From assembly GCF_964355755.1 (NCBI RefSeq), contig NC_092672.1, positions 28,526,437 to 28,590,436 of the forward strand: 64,000 nucleotides of DNA, written 5' to 3'. Each line of letters starts with the position of its first letter. The first letter of the stretch is position 1. The notes below the pieces were generated by a model that was not told the DNA's origin, made no database searches, and saw only the letters and a list, made by a program, of their open reading frames with translations. The DNA comes from Antedon mediterranea. Taxonomy: Eukaryota; Animalia; Echinodermata. Position numbers and translations under genes: made by a program. Of the stretch, positions 37,901 to 49,992 are shown piece by piece.

Positions 37901-40900
37901 GTAGGAAAAGCTGCGGTATTTTCTCTGATATATAATTTTCGATAATCAGAATCTGGAATAAAGTATTAAATCTACTGATAAACAATACTGCTGTTTAATC
38001 TATATAATGAATAGATATTATTATATATATCATTAATTACATTATTTAGTAATCATGATATAACCATTATACTGCCTAAAAAATGCTGATGGCTGCGCGG
38101 CGACAATCCTTAGTATCTGCCGCGCCCGCCCTGGCTAACTTCTGTGTACGGCGGTACAATTGTTTTTTTATATTCCTTCTTTAAAACAAACGGAGGTGAT
38201 TTTCCACGAGGTTTGTGTCGTCCGCGCGTCACACTGTGCTGTGTATTTGGTGTCCTTTTGTGTGATTGGGTAAGGCAGCATACAATAAATGGACGAACTT
38301 CCAATCACAACAAGTGTAAAATGTTTAGGGGCTTTGTACGCTTGAATGAACCTGACTCCTTTGCGGCGGCGGTGACTAGTGGAAACTCCTGAGCCTTCCG
38401 TAGAGTAGAGAGAGATTAAATTACAACACAGTTAAATAGGGAAAACACACCTGACTTCAATTTGAAACAACTCGCACAAGCAGACGATCTTGTCGCGCTA
38501 TGCGCGACCTATTCTGTTGCTTTAGTCGCAAACAGAAAAATTAGGTCGCAAATGCGACCAAATACCCCTTAATTTGCAGCCCTGGAGTAGAGTCATATTG
38601 TCTGTTGTTAGCTTCAAGAGAAACTGAAATTATTCAAATTCACCCTGGATGTTTATTGTTCAGGAGGGTTTTTAAGAGGGGCATTTTTTCGAAGCATTTA
38701 TTTGTTTGGAAAATGCAACCCAATTAATACCAAAAGTGATAAAAAAAAAATACAGTAAGAATTGTATCAAAATGCTTGGTAAATTGTGGATCTGAACTCT
38801 ACTACAAAGCATTTTGTAATACAATATTGTGTGTATATGGATAAAGTTTATTCAAATAAATATTCTACAATATGGTTTATTTATATTTTTCATAATATTA
38901 TCAGAAAGAAAAACAGTGCGTTTGCTATAAAATTAGAATTTCTAAAATTAATTTCTTTATATACAGACTTTATTCTGACCTTTGATTTTCAAGTAAATTG
39001 AACATCAATTTCCTCTTTGTAATTTTTGCTGACTAACTTATCTTTTTTTTACAGTGTGGCAAAAGGATAAAATTTGGAAAATATGCATTGAAGTGTAAAG
39101 GTAATGTACTTGAAATAGTACTAATTAATGTAGTAGTTAATTTTAGATTACTTGTCACATATTGCCAGTAGCTGGTTTAGTCGGTGTCCTACTAGATAGT
39201 CCACCAAAGTACATCATAAGATCACGATTAGATAAGAAAGTGTTGCTGAGTTAATTTTGTTGAAATAAAAGGTATTCGACCAGAATTAACATTTGGCCCT
39301 AAAGCTTGGTTCCCACGTAAGGGCGTAGCGCAACATAAGTGATTTGACTAATCACAAGCGATGGATTATACAAACAGTGGCTTGTCATTGGCCACCTTTG
39401 GGATCCAATAAATTGTCCTCTTAATAGGGATTGGTCATAGTGTTCAAAACATATATTGCTCTTTGTTTGTTGAACACTGGAAAGTTTCTCATTAATGTGT
39501 GTTTCTCTAATAGGGAAGTCACAAAGGAGTACTGTACTGTTGATGGGTTTAAACCCTATTATTTTTGTTATACTTAAAAAAAAGAACAAAGTATCCCCTT
39601 AAGCGTGGTTCCCACTAGCAACGCAATGCAAGGACGTAACGCAACGCAAGTGAATTGACCAAAAAGCGATGGCTTATTCGCTTGTGATTGCTAACTGTCT
39701 ATAACTTCGCTTGTCATTGGTTAAAACACTTGCGTTGCGTTTTACGTCCTTGCGTTACATTCTAGTGGGAACCAAGCTTAAATAGGGGGTTGGTCATAGT
39801 GTTAACATATATTGTTCCTTACTTTTTTTTATGGGAAATGTACCTTGAATAGTTGTGTGTAATGGATTTCTATGTAAATAAAAATTGGTTGCATCACAAT
39901 TAACTACATTCAGAGTATGAAACAAAACTAGAGTGCTTTATGCATGATTTTATAGTGTTATTGAATACATAAATTTATTTTCAAGGAATATTTAAAAACA
40001 ACTAATTAACAAAATATGTTTGTTTTTAGATTGCCGAGCAGTCTGTCATCCAGATTGTAAAGATATGGTAGCATTGCCATGTGTTCCAGCAGCCAGTACT
40101 CCAGGCAAGAAACTGTCTAACGCTTTGAGTGATTACGTGCCAACGTCAAGTCCACTAGTGCCTGCCATTGTGGTGAGTAGATTTTTATACCCCTTTCACA
40201 CCAAAAGCAAAACTCCAGAGACACTTTGGAGTTAACGTCCCAGTGTTTTGGTGTTATAATACAGTTATATGTACACTCAAGACTTTCCGTTTGTTTAAAC
40301 TGTAGTGAAAAGCTCTGTCTAACCTATCAAACTAGTTTAACAAAAAAAGTGTGATGTGCCCAAATATGGTCGTGATATGCCCAAGTATGGTAGTGATATG
40401 CCCAAATATGGTAGTGATGTTATTTCATGTTACTCTTAGGTTCATTGCATCACAGAAGTTGAGCGTAGAGGCCTTATGGAAGAAGGTATCTACCGTGTAC
40501 CTGGATCAGATAAAGCAATCCGAGAACTTAAAGAGAAGATTCTTAGAAGCAAAGGAAATCCACAACTGGTATGTCAACTGGAATATTTTTTTTTTATACC
40601 ATGTAATATGTGCGCTTAGGTTGACAATAAAATCAAGGCATTAGACACATGGTTGACCTTGTTGATAAGACACAATGATTTTAATGCACTCCATAGTCTC
40701 CACTTCTAAAGACTATCAGCATGGTTAGAAAATATTAATTTACATGCACGATTGACCATGCCTATAGAAATTACATGCATGGTTTGCCGTGCCAATAGTG
40801 TCAACAAAATAGAAACTACTAATTTAGACCCAAAGTTAACCATGCTTTATAGAAAACTTTTGATTACATTCAGGTTGATTGCGTGGATAGCCTTATCCAA

Positions 40901-43900
40901 TGGGAACTAGGTGTGATTTTTTACTAGGCAGAAAAGAATAAAAATGTGAAAGCCTACAGTGTTTTTAAGAAATTGTAGGCTTGTACAGGCCCAGTATTAA
41001 ATCTAGTTCAGTAGGCTGAAACAATGTGTTCAAAATCCATTTTTTGTGGTTTTATTATACTTATTCTCCTTTAAACTTGTTAATATTTTGGTTTTTTTTT
41101 ATAATGACAGGATAAAGTACCTGATATACATGTTGTTTGTGGAACATTAAAAGACTTTCTACGTCATTTGGATGAACCATTAGTAACGTACAGGCTCCAC
41201 CGAGCATTTATGAATGCCACAGGTAAGAAGCTATATTATTATTACAATCATATAGTGCACGAATTTGGAGTTGGGCAAGTTTGGTTATGGTCAGGCAGAC
41301 ATACTTGTGTAGAAAAGTTGTTTATTTATTTCAATTTTATTTAGAGAGTAACCCTTCCAGATGAACCCGTAGGCCAGCTTATAATCAGGGTTAAGCTTTA
41401 AAATGATAAACATTTAAACTAATTAAACTGTTAACAAATTATCTCAAAGTATGTTTTTTAAACTTACATTTAAAGGAATTTACTGTTAATATTTTGTTAA
41501 TTTAAGCTTTATTTTTAGTCTAAACTATCAAACTTTATGTGAAAAAATGTGATATGCCCATATATGGACATGATGATGTTATACCACTACCACTGTTTGA
41601 TAGTGAAGACATTTCTTAACCCTTCCCTAATATGCCAGCTAATATCCACCAGCATATTATACAATTTAACCTTTTCTGTGCATTACTAGTTTATTATTAG
41701 ATATTAATAATTATTTCAGCATATTCAGATGATGAAGATGGTATTACAGCCATATACCAAGCAATCAGTGAGCTGCCACAAGCCAACAGAGATACAATGG
41801 CGTATCTCATTCTACATCTTCAAAGGTATATACATCATTTATGAAAAATACATCCATATAAATCAATGTGCTCTTTTACAAGAGGTATACAGTCAAATGG
41901 CTGAGCAGTTAAGTCAGGGGCGCCGTTTACCATACCTAAGAACCAACAATATCAGCATGGGTTCGAGGCCCACTCGCTGCTAGCGGTGTAAAAGTCAAGG
42001 ACTATAAACCGTAGGTCCAGTGTGCTCAGTTATAACCTGTGTGCACTTTAACCCAGTTCATCATTCAAGATGAGAACTGGTTCACAGGGGAATTACCACC
42101 TATCTGAAAGGACAGCGATTAATTTACTATTGGTAATCCTTGGCCACATGTATCTAAAGACATAAAATAAGGAAATTACAGTTTATAACTCTTAACTGTG
42201 CACAATATTAATAAACTCCAACAATGCATTTTCGTTTATGAACATATTAATTCCAAACTGCCTTCTAACTTTTCCTGTAATTTTTTAACTAACTCTGAAA
42301 TCCATTCGTATAACACAAGAGCATCACGGGACCTTCATCTTCCTCAACCTAAACTAACTAAATTAAAATGAAACATAACATTCGCTATAGTGGTTCTAAA
42401 CTTTTCAATAATCTACCTCCCGAAATTTCATCATCGTCTAATAGCAAAATGTTCTCTTTTAAACTTAAAGAATATCTTATTTCAAATTATAACTAATTGT
42501 TTTCTCTATTTTGTAATATTTTTTTAACTTTAGAAACTTTTTCGAAATTGCTTCCTTTTCTGTTGGTGTGTGTGTGTGTGTCTGTTGATCTTTAAGTGTA
42601 TGTGTAGTTATATGTTTACATTTATATAAAGTATATAATCGTCTTACATGGCTTCCCAACATACAAGTTTCAATTGGATTTTTGTTTCTAATTGATCGAT
42701 ACTTTCTTGGGTTTTTTTGCCTCTTTCATTTTGTATATAACTGAATCATCTTTTTATACATTATGATTTACTGTATTATATCTCTAAAAAAAAAAAAAAA
42801 ATTTATTTATAAAATATCAGAAATTATAATGTTTTTTACTCAAATATGAATGAAAGAAATAAATGTTTATTTGAATTGAACTGAATAACCTCTATTTTTA
42901 GCAAACACGCTGGAGTACTACTAAATCAAGCCCTGTGTTTTGATTATTGATGTACTAATGTTTTTTTTTACAATAATTTTAGAGTGGCTGAATGTTTATC
43001 GTGCCGCATGCCATCGGGAAACCTTTCCAAAGTGTTTGGACCCACCGTTGTTGGACATGCATGCTCTGATCCTGAACCTATGGTTATGTTAAATGATACC
43101 AAGAAACAGCCAAAGGTAAGCTGCTAAGCATAAATAACTCTATCTCTTAAATTTCTAATCTAGCTCAATCATCACATATAATAAGACGTGTGATAATTTT
43201 AATTACATTCTCATACCATGTATTATATATTTTGCTTACTATAATCTTAATTAAATCGCAATCGTCATTTTTTACAACTTAAAATCAATTTTTAATCACT
43301 GATAATTCCCATTGTAGGCCTATATACATTTATATTTTTAAAATATTTGCTTGTTCTGTACTTGTGTTATTCTAGTACGAACAACAAATTTACAATGTTA
43401 TTACTGTGTATGAGTATTGGACAATAAATGTGTTTGAATTTGAATTTATATTAATAGTATTCACAAATTGTACTTACAGCCAATTTTTTGTTGTCCACGT
43501 AATTCATGAATGATCTGTAACACTCCACATTTTTCTTTGCACCAACCTTTTGTTTAGTTCTTTGTCTAGGATTTGTGGGGTTAGGTTACAACAGTACCAC
43601 TAAACATTAATTTGATATTCTGTCATTAGGTCATACATTTGCTGATGTCGCTACCGTCAGACTTCTGGAGAGCTTTTATCAACATTGATACAGAAAATAT
43701 GCATATTGGAAGTAACAACATCATTGCCAACAACAATGCAGGAACACCTGGAGAATGTAAGTTTTTTCAAATCAAAATGAATAGTTGAACTAAAATTCAG
43801 TAAAAAAGTTGGGAGACCCCTATTTAGGGGACACTTGAGTGTAAAGCAAACATAGGACATTATGTTTTAAAACTACAATCAACCCCTTTTCAAGGAACAC

Positions 43901-44948
43901 ACTAACGGGTCATGAACGTGTCCTCTTAGTGAGGTTTTACTGTATTGTCAAGCTTTAAATTTAACATCTTTTATATATTGTAGTCAGTATATATTCTGGA
44001 AGGACACCCAATGAAATGAAACCGCAAAGCACTTCTGCACCTTATGTGTTTGTGATTAAAATAAAGAATAAATATATAACATAAGTACACAAAATTGGTC
44101 GCCTGGGTTGGTTTGGCTTGAGTTATCTGCAGAATGTTTGATATTTTTGTAAAGCTCTTTAAAAAACATACTAAGGTGAATAGACTCATTGGATTAAAAG
44201 TTTTCTTCACCTCATCACAAGCACATTATTTTAATCTACTGAACAATCATTTCTGTCCTTTTTTATTACATCATGTATTTTGTCTTTTATAGAATATTTT
44301 ATTAATCATTTCAAATTAAATTATCTCCTATTTTAGATCCATCTAGTATGCTGGGACCTGTGCTCACACCAGGAAAAGCAAAGAAGAGCGGCTCAGTCAG
44401 CTCCAAGAGTAAAACACTGTTACAAAGAACGCCACTTACACCAAGGTAAGCTTGTTTTTATTTTTTCTTCTTCAGCTAAAAAGATTTCTTTATGAAGAGG
44501 TGATATTTCATTTCATACGCATTGCCTACCAAATTTTACTGTTTTTACACCAAATTTGTTTCTCAATTACCATTGGCAAATAACTAGTAAGTTAAGGAGA
44601 CACTTTATTGGGTCCTTTAGTTCTTTTCTGTTCTGTATGAAATAAAAAATGTCTTTCCTTAATATAAAAGGTAGTCTACTGTTACTTCAAACCACTTGAC
44701 CATATTGAAAACCAGTTATACTATCTTATTTCTGAATTATGTTATCTTGTATAAATATGTTTAAAAAAATTGTAAACAAATATTTTGCATTTATCAATGT
44801 TGACAAAAATGACCAAAAAGCATTGCTGAACATAACTTTTTTATTTTGTGTCTTTAAAAATGTATTTTTATTTTAAAGGTTTGGCAGCAGAAATACAAGT
44901 AAACCTAAGAAACCTACTCATTACTTTGCGTCGCCAACATTGCGATGA
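16999..44948 (+). CDS. RACGAP1: Rac GTPase-activating protein 1 (MgcRacGAP/CYK-4, centralspindlin subunit), ~651 aa
   Basis: 16 in-phase coding exons: 16999-17083, 18187-18328, 22834-22894, 23231-23503, 25010-25084, 33395-33542, 34077-34273, 39055-39100, 40030-40172, 40440-40568, 41111-41222, 41720-41825, 42983-43115, 43630-43756, 44337-44445, 44879-44948 (1956 nt). Motifs: coiled coil [14 protein letters not shown]; [10 protein letters not shown]; C1 domain [41 protein letters not shown]; Rho[43 protein letters not shown]; C-terminal YFASPTLR*. Probable non-coding exon 1 ends at the donor at 15550. Confidence 0.97.
17958..18157. mobile_element. 200-bp CAGG-terminal MITE with 6-bp TSD (hAT-like)
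   Basis: CAGGCTTTGTCTT...AAGACAAGGCCTG flanked by ATAAAT/ATAAAT. Confidence 0.65.
18400..18660 (-). mobile_element. Short LINE 3'-end fragment
   Basis: Minus strand [11 protein letters not shown]-like ending, a GGACGACAG...CTGTCGTCC stem-loop and an AATAAATGTTGAATTGAA tail. Confidence 0.45.
19214..21238 (-). mobile_element. Second, diverged copy of the 7-bp-TSD TAGG-terminal element, opposite orientation
   Basis: Same TAGGTATCCCAATG termini; CTAGGAA on both flanks; right end colinear with the left end of 12042-14048. Confidence 0.85.
21430..22558. mobile_element. 1.1-kb TTAA-flanked non-autonomous element (Kolobok-like, family C)
   Basis: TIR AATGGACCTGAAATGGA(A)TTT(T)CGATTTT, inverted at the right end; TTAA on both sides. 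Confidence 0.75.
23028..23187. mobile_element. Tourist-like MITE copy
   Basis: Perfect TIRs, TAA/TAA TSD. Confidence 0.85.
25577..27741 (+). CDS. Harbinger (HARBI1-like/DDE_Tnp_4) transposase, 4 exons, ~407 aa
   Basis: Exons 25577-25755, 26266-26382, 26689-27221, 27347-27741 (1224 nt, open). Motifs: [18 protein letters not shown] (HTH), catalytic GAIDGKH / IVGDEAFP / [23 protein letters not shown] overlaps the stop. Confidence 0.95.
27849..28273 (-). mobile_element. Kolobok-like family A copy with internal deletion, inside the Harbinger
   Basis: Reverse complement of 9113-9734 with TTAA on both sides; ~200 bp missing at ...ATACCGGGTAGTGCAT... Confidence 0.8.
28277..28418. mobile_element. 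Tourist-like MITE copy inside the Harbinger
   Basis: Same TIRs and GCCCAAATATGGTAGTGATATG core. Confidence 0.8.
28443..29740 (-). CDS. Harbinger accessory MADF (Myb/SANT-like) DNA-binding protein with C-terminal BESS-like motif, ~230 aa
   Basis: Exons 29740-29590, 29200-29035, 28818-28443 (693 nt, open). [33 protein letters not shown]...[16 protein letters not shown]...[10 protein letters not shown] is MADF-like. [30 protein letters not shown] is BESS-like. Confidence 0.88.
31434..31558. mobile_element. Tourist-like MITE copy
   Basis: Same core and right TIR. Confidence 0.75.
34434..36270. mobile_element. 1.84-kb non-autonomous TA-TSD element (Tc1/mariner-like) nested in a Tourist-like MITE
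   Basis: TA|CAGTACAGATAAAAACTACTGCAACATTTG...CAAATGTTGCAGTATTTATTATCTGTACTG|TA, with subterminal CTACGCGTAG repeats; it splits the MITE 34381-36358. Confidence 0.8.
36442..38584. mobile_element. 2.1-kb non-autonomous CAGGG-terminal element with 5-bp TSD (hAT5-like)
   Basis: 16-bp TIR CAGGGCTGCAAATTAA / TTAATTTGCAGCCCTG; GAGTA on both flanks; subterminal GGTAGCAC (left) and GTCGC (right) repeats. Confidence 0.75.
39602..39778. mobile_element. Second Harbinger-type MITE family
   Basis: AGCGTGGTTCCCACTAG...CTAGTGGGAACCAAGCT in a TWA context; degenerate copies at ~23572-23712 and ~39303-39395. Confidence 0.7.
41890..42170 (+). mobile_element. tRNA-derived SINE with Deu/Nin-like core
   Basis: A-box TGGCTGAGCAGTTAAG, B-box GGGTTCGAG; body colinear with the reverse complement of 3447-3778. 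Confidence 0.75.
42185..42885 (+). mobile_element. 5'-truncated CR1/L2-group LINE 3' fragment
   Basis: Frameshifted translation [13 protein letters not shown]...IHSYNTR..DLHLP...[14 protein letters not shown]...FSFKLKEYL; AATAAA and (TTGAA)-like tail. Confidence 0.75.
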
Positions 44949-45789
44949 AAACGCACCATCACCTAAAAGTTTTTTTAAGTATCGTATAATTGGATGTTCC
45001 CAAACCTAATGTGCATTTTGCCTAAACCTATTTCTTATCGATAAAAGTGTTTATATGTAATATACTATCTCCTTTTTTTACTCAAAATTAATAATATGTT
45101 GTTAATTATTTTTGTTTAAACATTTGCTTTGAAATGATTTAATTTAACATCATGAGAACATTTAAAATTAAATCAAGTGTACCAAAGTGTTTTTAGAATT
45201 TGTTTTTATTTACTTTTTTTATAATGATCTTTTTACAAACATTAAATTATACAAAAATACTGAAAACGGGAAATAATTACTTGTGAACAATAAAACATAA
45301 CAATACTAGACTAGAACAACATTTATAATATATTTAAGATTAATAAATGATTTTAAAGAAAGTGGCATCGAAATATAAGTGCCTTCAAAATAAAAGTAGC
45401 ATCGAAATAAAAGTGTCTAAAAAAAGTATACTTTTTTCAGGGTTTGAAGTATAATGTTGTTTGTACATTATGTGGTAGTGTAAGTAATGTTTGATGTAAT
45501 AGGTTCCTCAATTTTATTTTAAGAAGGGTTATTTTTTCGTAGTTATGTACTGTATAGGATTAAAATTGAGAAATTCACATTGTAGTTGTTTTTATTTATG
45601 TCTTTTGTAATGTGTTTTTTATGAGAGTGAGTGATAAAATATTGTTTAATATTAGAACCGCGTTTTGAGAAGACACCCCTATGTAGAGGACACTTGCCCA
45701 TGAAATACTATAATATTAATATATCAGAAAGAAAATTTATTGAAAAAAACGTATGTCGTACAAAATACACATTGCCAATTGGACATGAT

Positions 45790-46030
45790 TTACATATAAG
45801 ATTACACCCTAATAAAATGAATAGAGGTGAAGGAGCATATGAACTATCGCACATTTACGATAACATTCTAAAACGTAAAGAGACCGACCCCCCGCACATC
45901 CCGCTTGGATAACTCCAAGCGGTAAACTTCACAATGGCTCCTTTCAACCGTGTCACCGCTACGTCACCAGAACGTATTCACTTATGATTATGCCTTGCTG
46001 TTAGTAGGCGAAACGTCAAGTTCTCTGGAA
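45790..46030 (+). mobile_element. Penelope-like element 3' fragment
   Basis: IRLHPNKMNRGEGAYELSHIYDNIL resembles the post-GIY-YIG C-terminus of Penelope ORFs (NRDEG-Y-LS-IY); a hammerhead-like motif follows. Confidence 0.65.
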
Positions 46031-47018
46031 ATGTAAGTACCGATATCATCTTACAAACTTGACACTATATTGGATCATATAGAGGTAACTTTTTTTCACA
46101 TTACATTATCAGATTCAAATGAACTTATTCAATAATGATTTTGGATATGGAAGAAGAAAAATGATTATACCATATCATCATTCTCCTGGTTTCTGTTTAG
46201 GATCGTGAAACTGAACGTGTCGCAGCCAAACATAAAACCTTTGATCTAACAAAGCTCAACAACCTATTGTTAGATTTCCTTAATCTGACCAGGTTTTCCG
46301 GATTATCTAGCATTTAAACGGCTTTATCTAGCTTTAATTATTTCTTTAGATCGTGGATGACTGAATTACCTCTAGCTACAGACAGTGTTTTTTATTTTAT
46401 ACCTTCCTGGTTTTATGCACATTATTTGAAAATGGCAGAACCGAAATGCAGGCCAGACCACCATCAACATTGTACTAAGTGCACTTCAGATGAATTTTGA
46501 TTCTATCTACACAAGAATATTCGTTGTTTGAATTGCCTTCGAAATCGTGTTTAGGCCTGATGCTTTTTTCTACAAAAGTAACTACTGAAAGTTAATTAAA
46601 CTTAAATCAATAAAACTTTCACTAAGTTGGTCATGTAGGCGCGATTGTGATGGCACTAGTTACATTCCGTTATGCATGAGTAATTTATGAATGACGTAAT
46701 GAATAAAGTAGCATAAATTAAGAGGAAGGTCTATATTCGTCGTTCATTACGAGTACGCGGGCTAGATTAGAGTCCGGTGTGCATCATGCTATTGTAGAAA
46801 GCCATAGTTGTAAATAAAGTATGAATGTGAATTAATTACGTGATTGTATTTGTTTTTACTGACTGACATCTTAGGTCTAATTATCATAGTCTGAATCATT
46901 GAGTTGTTAATTAATAACTTCCTGTCGTATCATTGTGAAATATGTTAACATATACAGTATATTTTTATTTCTTTTCGCCTGACAACTTTAAAACAATAAG
47001 CTGTCCAGAATCATTTTC

Positions 47019-48904
47019 TACGGTGGCCCACAACTGTCACGCACACTATATAAATCATATTCACACAATTAAAGAAGGAATCACACAATTAAAGAAGGAA
47101 TCACACAATTAAAGAAGAAATCACACAATTAAAGAAGGAATCACACAATTAAAGAAGAAATCACACAATTAAAGAAGGAATCGCATATAAACAAAAGAAA
47201 GCATGAAAATATAAAAAGAAATGCACAAATAAAGAAGAGCTAAGCACAATTAAAGAAGTCCGCAACAAATTCGAAAGCTCCTCGCACAATTAAAGAAGTT
47301 CGCAACAAAATCAAAAGCTCCTCGCACAATTAAAGAAGTCCGCAACAAATTCGAAAGTACCTCGCACAATTAAAGAAGTCCGCAACAAATTCGAAAGTAC
47401 CTCGCACAATTAGAGTACAGTAGTCCATATGGAACGCCATCGCTGCCTCCGGCAGCAGCAAACTTTAATTCTATTCGGCTCTTTTACCATTACGTTCGGC
47501 TCTTTTACCATTCGGCGCATTTCTATTCGGCCTTTTTACCATTACGTACGGCTCTTTCAGCATTCAGCTCATTTCTATTTGGCCCATTTTTTACCATTAC
47601 GTTCGGCTCTTTCAGCTTTCGGCTCTTTTTTATTCGGCCAATTTACCATTACGTTCGGCTCTTTCAGCATTCGGCTCTTTTTTATTCGGCCCATTTAACA
47701 TTACGTTCGGCTCTTTTTGATTCGGCCCTTTTTTATTCGGCCGGCTCTTTCTGCATTACGTTGGGCTTTTTTTAAATCGGCATTTTTTTATATGGCGCAA
47801 TTAAAATCTAACCTTTGACATGGGTCAAATGGAAGAAAATCAACGACTGGAAATGAGTCTATGAAAAGTTTACACACATTTCATCATCATGGCGCCAACC
47901 ATGAGTAGCCAACCGATTAAAGATGTGTTGAATAACCTAAATTAATTCATCTTTTACCAAATTTTGAGAGAGAAAGGGTAAATTATTATTATTAAATGTT
48001 TGGCTGACACTAGGCGAGGCCTAGCTAGCCTAGGCCATAAATCAAACCTTTTCTCTCTCAAAATGGTCAATAAGGTAGGACAATTGCAAGTTCTCTAACT
48101 AACACATTAATCATGTCAATAAAATGATTTAGTTATATTGAAATAGCCTTCAAATTCATTTAATTCAACCAACCAAACACTCTACATGCTGCATCTATAT
48201 GTTTTGTAAACTTTTCATAGACTCATTTCCAGCCGTTGATTTTCTTCCATTTGACCCCATGTAAAAGGTTAGAATTTAATTGCGCCCCGCATAAAAAAGG
48301 GCCAAATCAAAAAGAGCCGAACGTAATGCAGAAAGAGCCGAATAAAAAAGGGCCGAATTAAAAAGAGCCGAATGCTGAAAGAGCCGAACGTAATGGTAAA
48401 TGGGCCGAATAAAAAAGAGCCGAATGCTGAAAGAGCCGAACGTAATGGTAAATGGGCCGAATAGAAATGCGCCGAATGCTAAAAGAGCCGAACGTAATGG
48501 TAAAAGAGCCGAATAGAATTAAAGTTTCCTGCCGGAGGCAGCAATGGCGTTCCATACGGACTACTGTACTTTAATTGTGTGTGAGGTACTTTCGAATTTG
48601 TTGCGGACTTCTTTAATTGTGCGAGGAGCTTTCGAATTTGTTGCAGACTTCTTTAATTGTGCGAGGAGCTTTCGAATTTGTTGCGGACTTCTTTAATTGT
48701 GCTTAGCTCTTCTTTAATTGTGCGTTTCTTCTTTATTTGTGCATTTCGTTTTGTATTTTCATGCTTTCCTTTGTTTATATGCGATTTCTTTTTTAATTGT
48801 GCGATTTCTTCTTTAATTGTGTGATTCCTTCTTTAATTGTGTAATTCCTTCTTTAATTGTGTGATTCTGTGTTATAGTGTGCGTGACAGTTGTGGGCCAC
48901 CGTA
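47019..48904. mobile_element. 1.9-kb foldback element, TAC...GTA termini, 6-bp TSD (IS3EU-like non-autonomous)
   Basis: TACGGTGGCCCACAACTGTCACGCACACTATA inverted at both ends; ATTTTC on both flanks; arms of ~700-850 bp built from 20-bp, 39-bp and TTCGGC-based tandem arrays. Confidence 0.8.
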
Positions 48905-49992
48905 ATTTTCAATATGGCTTTCCAATGACCAGGAATGCTGTTATTTATCCCAGAAAAGAGTAGAACTACAATTTAAATTTTGCATTTCTCTCGTTATCCG
49001 TAATCGCTTAAAACTATATAAAAGATAGATATATAGATACAGACATGAGAGTCATTAGTTATACAGTAGCAAGTTAAATTAACTGTATATAGTTATAGAA
49101 TAATAAGTCGTAGCCACCGTTAACGGAGTTGAACCACGAGTTGAACAAATAACCGAAATACTATTCATTAAAATAAGGTACGGTACACTTTTATAATTAC
49201 AGCTGTTTCGAAATTTGAATTCTGTCCATATGGTCATACCCTTCATAATATCCATGTACGTTAATACAATATTTATTAATATATTAATTTGCAATTACAT
49301 ACAGTACAGAATGCCTTTCACAAATTCATATATAAATGGAAAATCAGGCTATAGGCTAGGCCTAAATACACCCACATTTGAACATAAAACATACTGTAAG
49401 AGCGGAGTAGTAGAAGTCATGGCCGGTTATTTGATTTGGTTACAATGAATGAGTATTTACAAAGAAGGGCTTAATTCAATACAATAGGGATACGTGGTTT
49501 TATTCAATACCAGGCAGATCTTTAAATGGCGTGAGGCATAGAAGACATGGTTGGTTTAAACTGTTACTTACATTCGTTAGATATAATGTAGACAAAACAT
49601 ATGTTAGGCAGGGGTTCATTTTTAAGGACCATAAAATTAGGTCTAATGGAAAAAAGGACTCCCTGTAGAGAGGTATAGAGAGTAGGCCCTATCGGTATTT
49701 GTATTATTGATTTTTATTTTCTTTCAGTTCGAGCGCAGTGTCCTGTTGTTAGACATTGCCTTAATCCTACCCTCTCTATAGCGTAGCGGCATGTTCATAG
49801 TGGCCCTCCGAATAGAAAATACCTCTCACCACACAATTAGCAATCCTATTCACACGGATTCCTACTTCATTCCCCCCTCCCCCGTGCGAATGCATATAAA
49901 GTGATAATCCTTCATTTTTACGCCACCTTCTTTTGTTTCAGATTTAACGTACATTTGTCTACTGAATTTGCTACAACAGATCATTGGTCAAC

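Noticed and set aside
41895-41975. tRNA gene (A and B boxes)
   Set aside because: No cloverleaf; continues into a SINE body repeated at 3447-3778.
47060-47415. Regular repeats superficially like a CRISPR array
   Set aside because: Head-to-tail tandem units with no unique spacers, mirrored in the other arm of a foldback element; eukaryotic context and no cas genes.
47429-48555. Mirror ORFs 47429-47698 and 48358-48555
   Set aside because: Translations of inverted tandem repeats with no domain signature.
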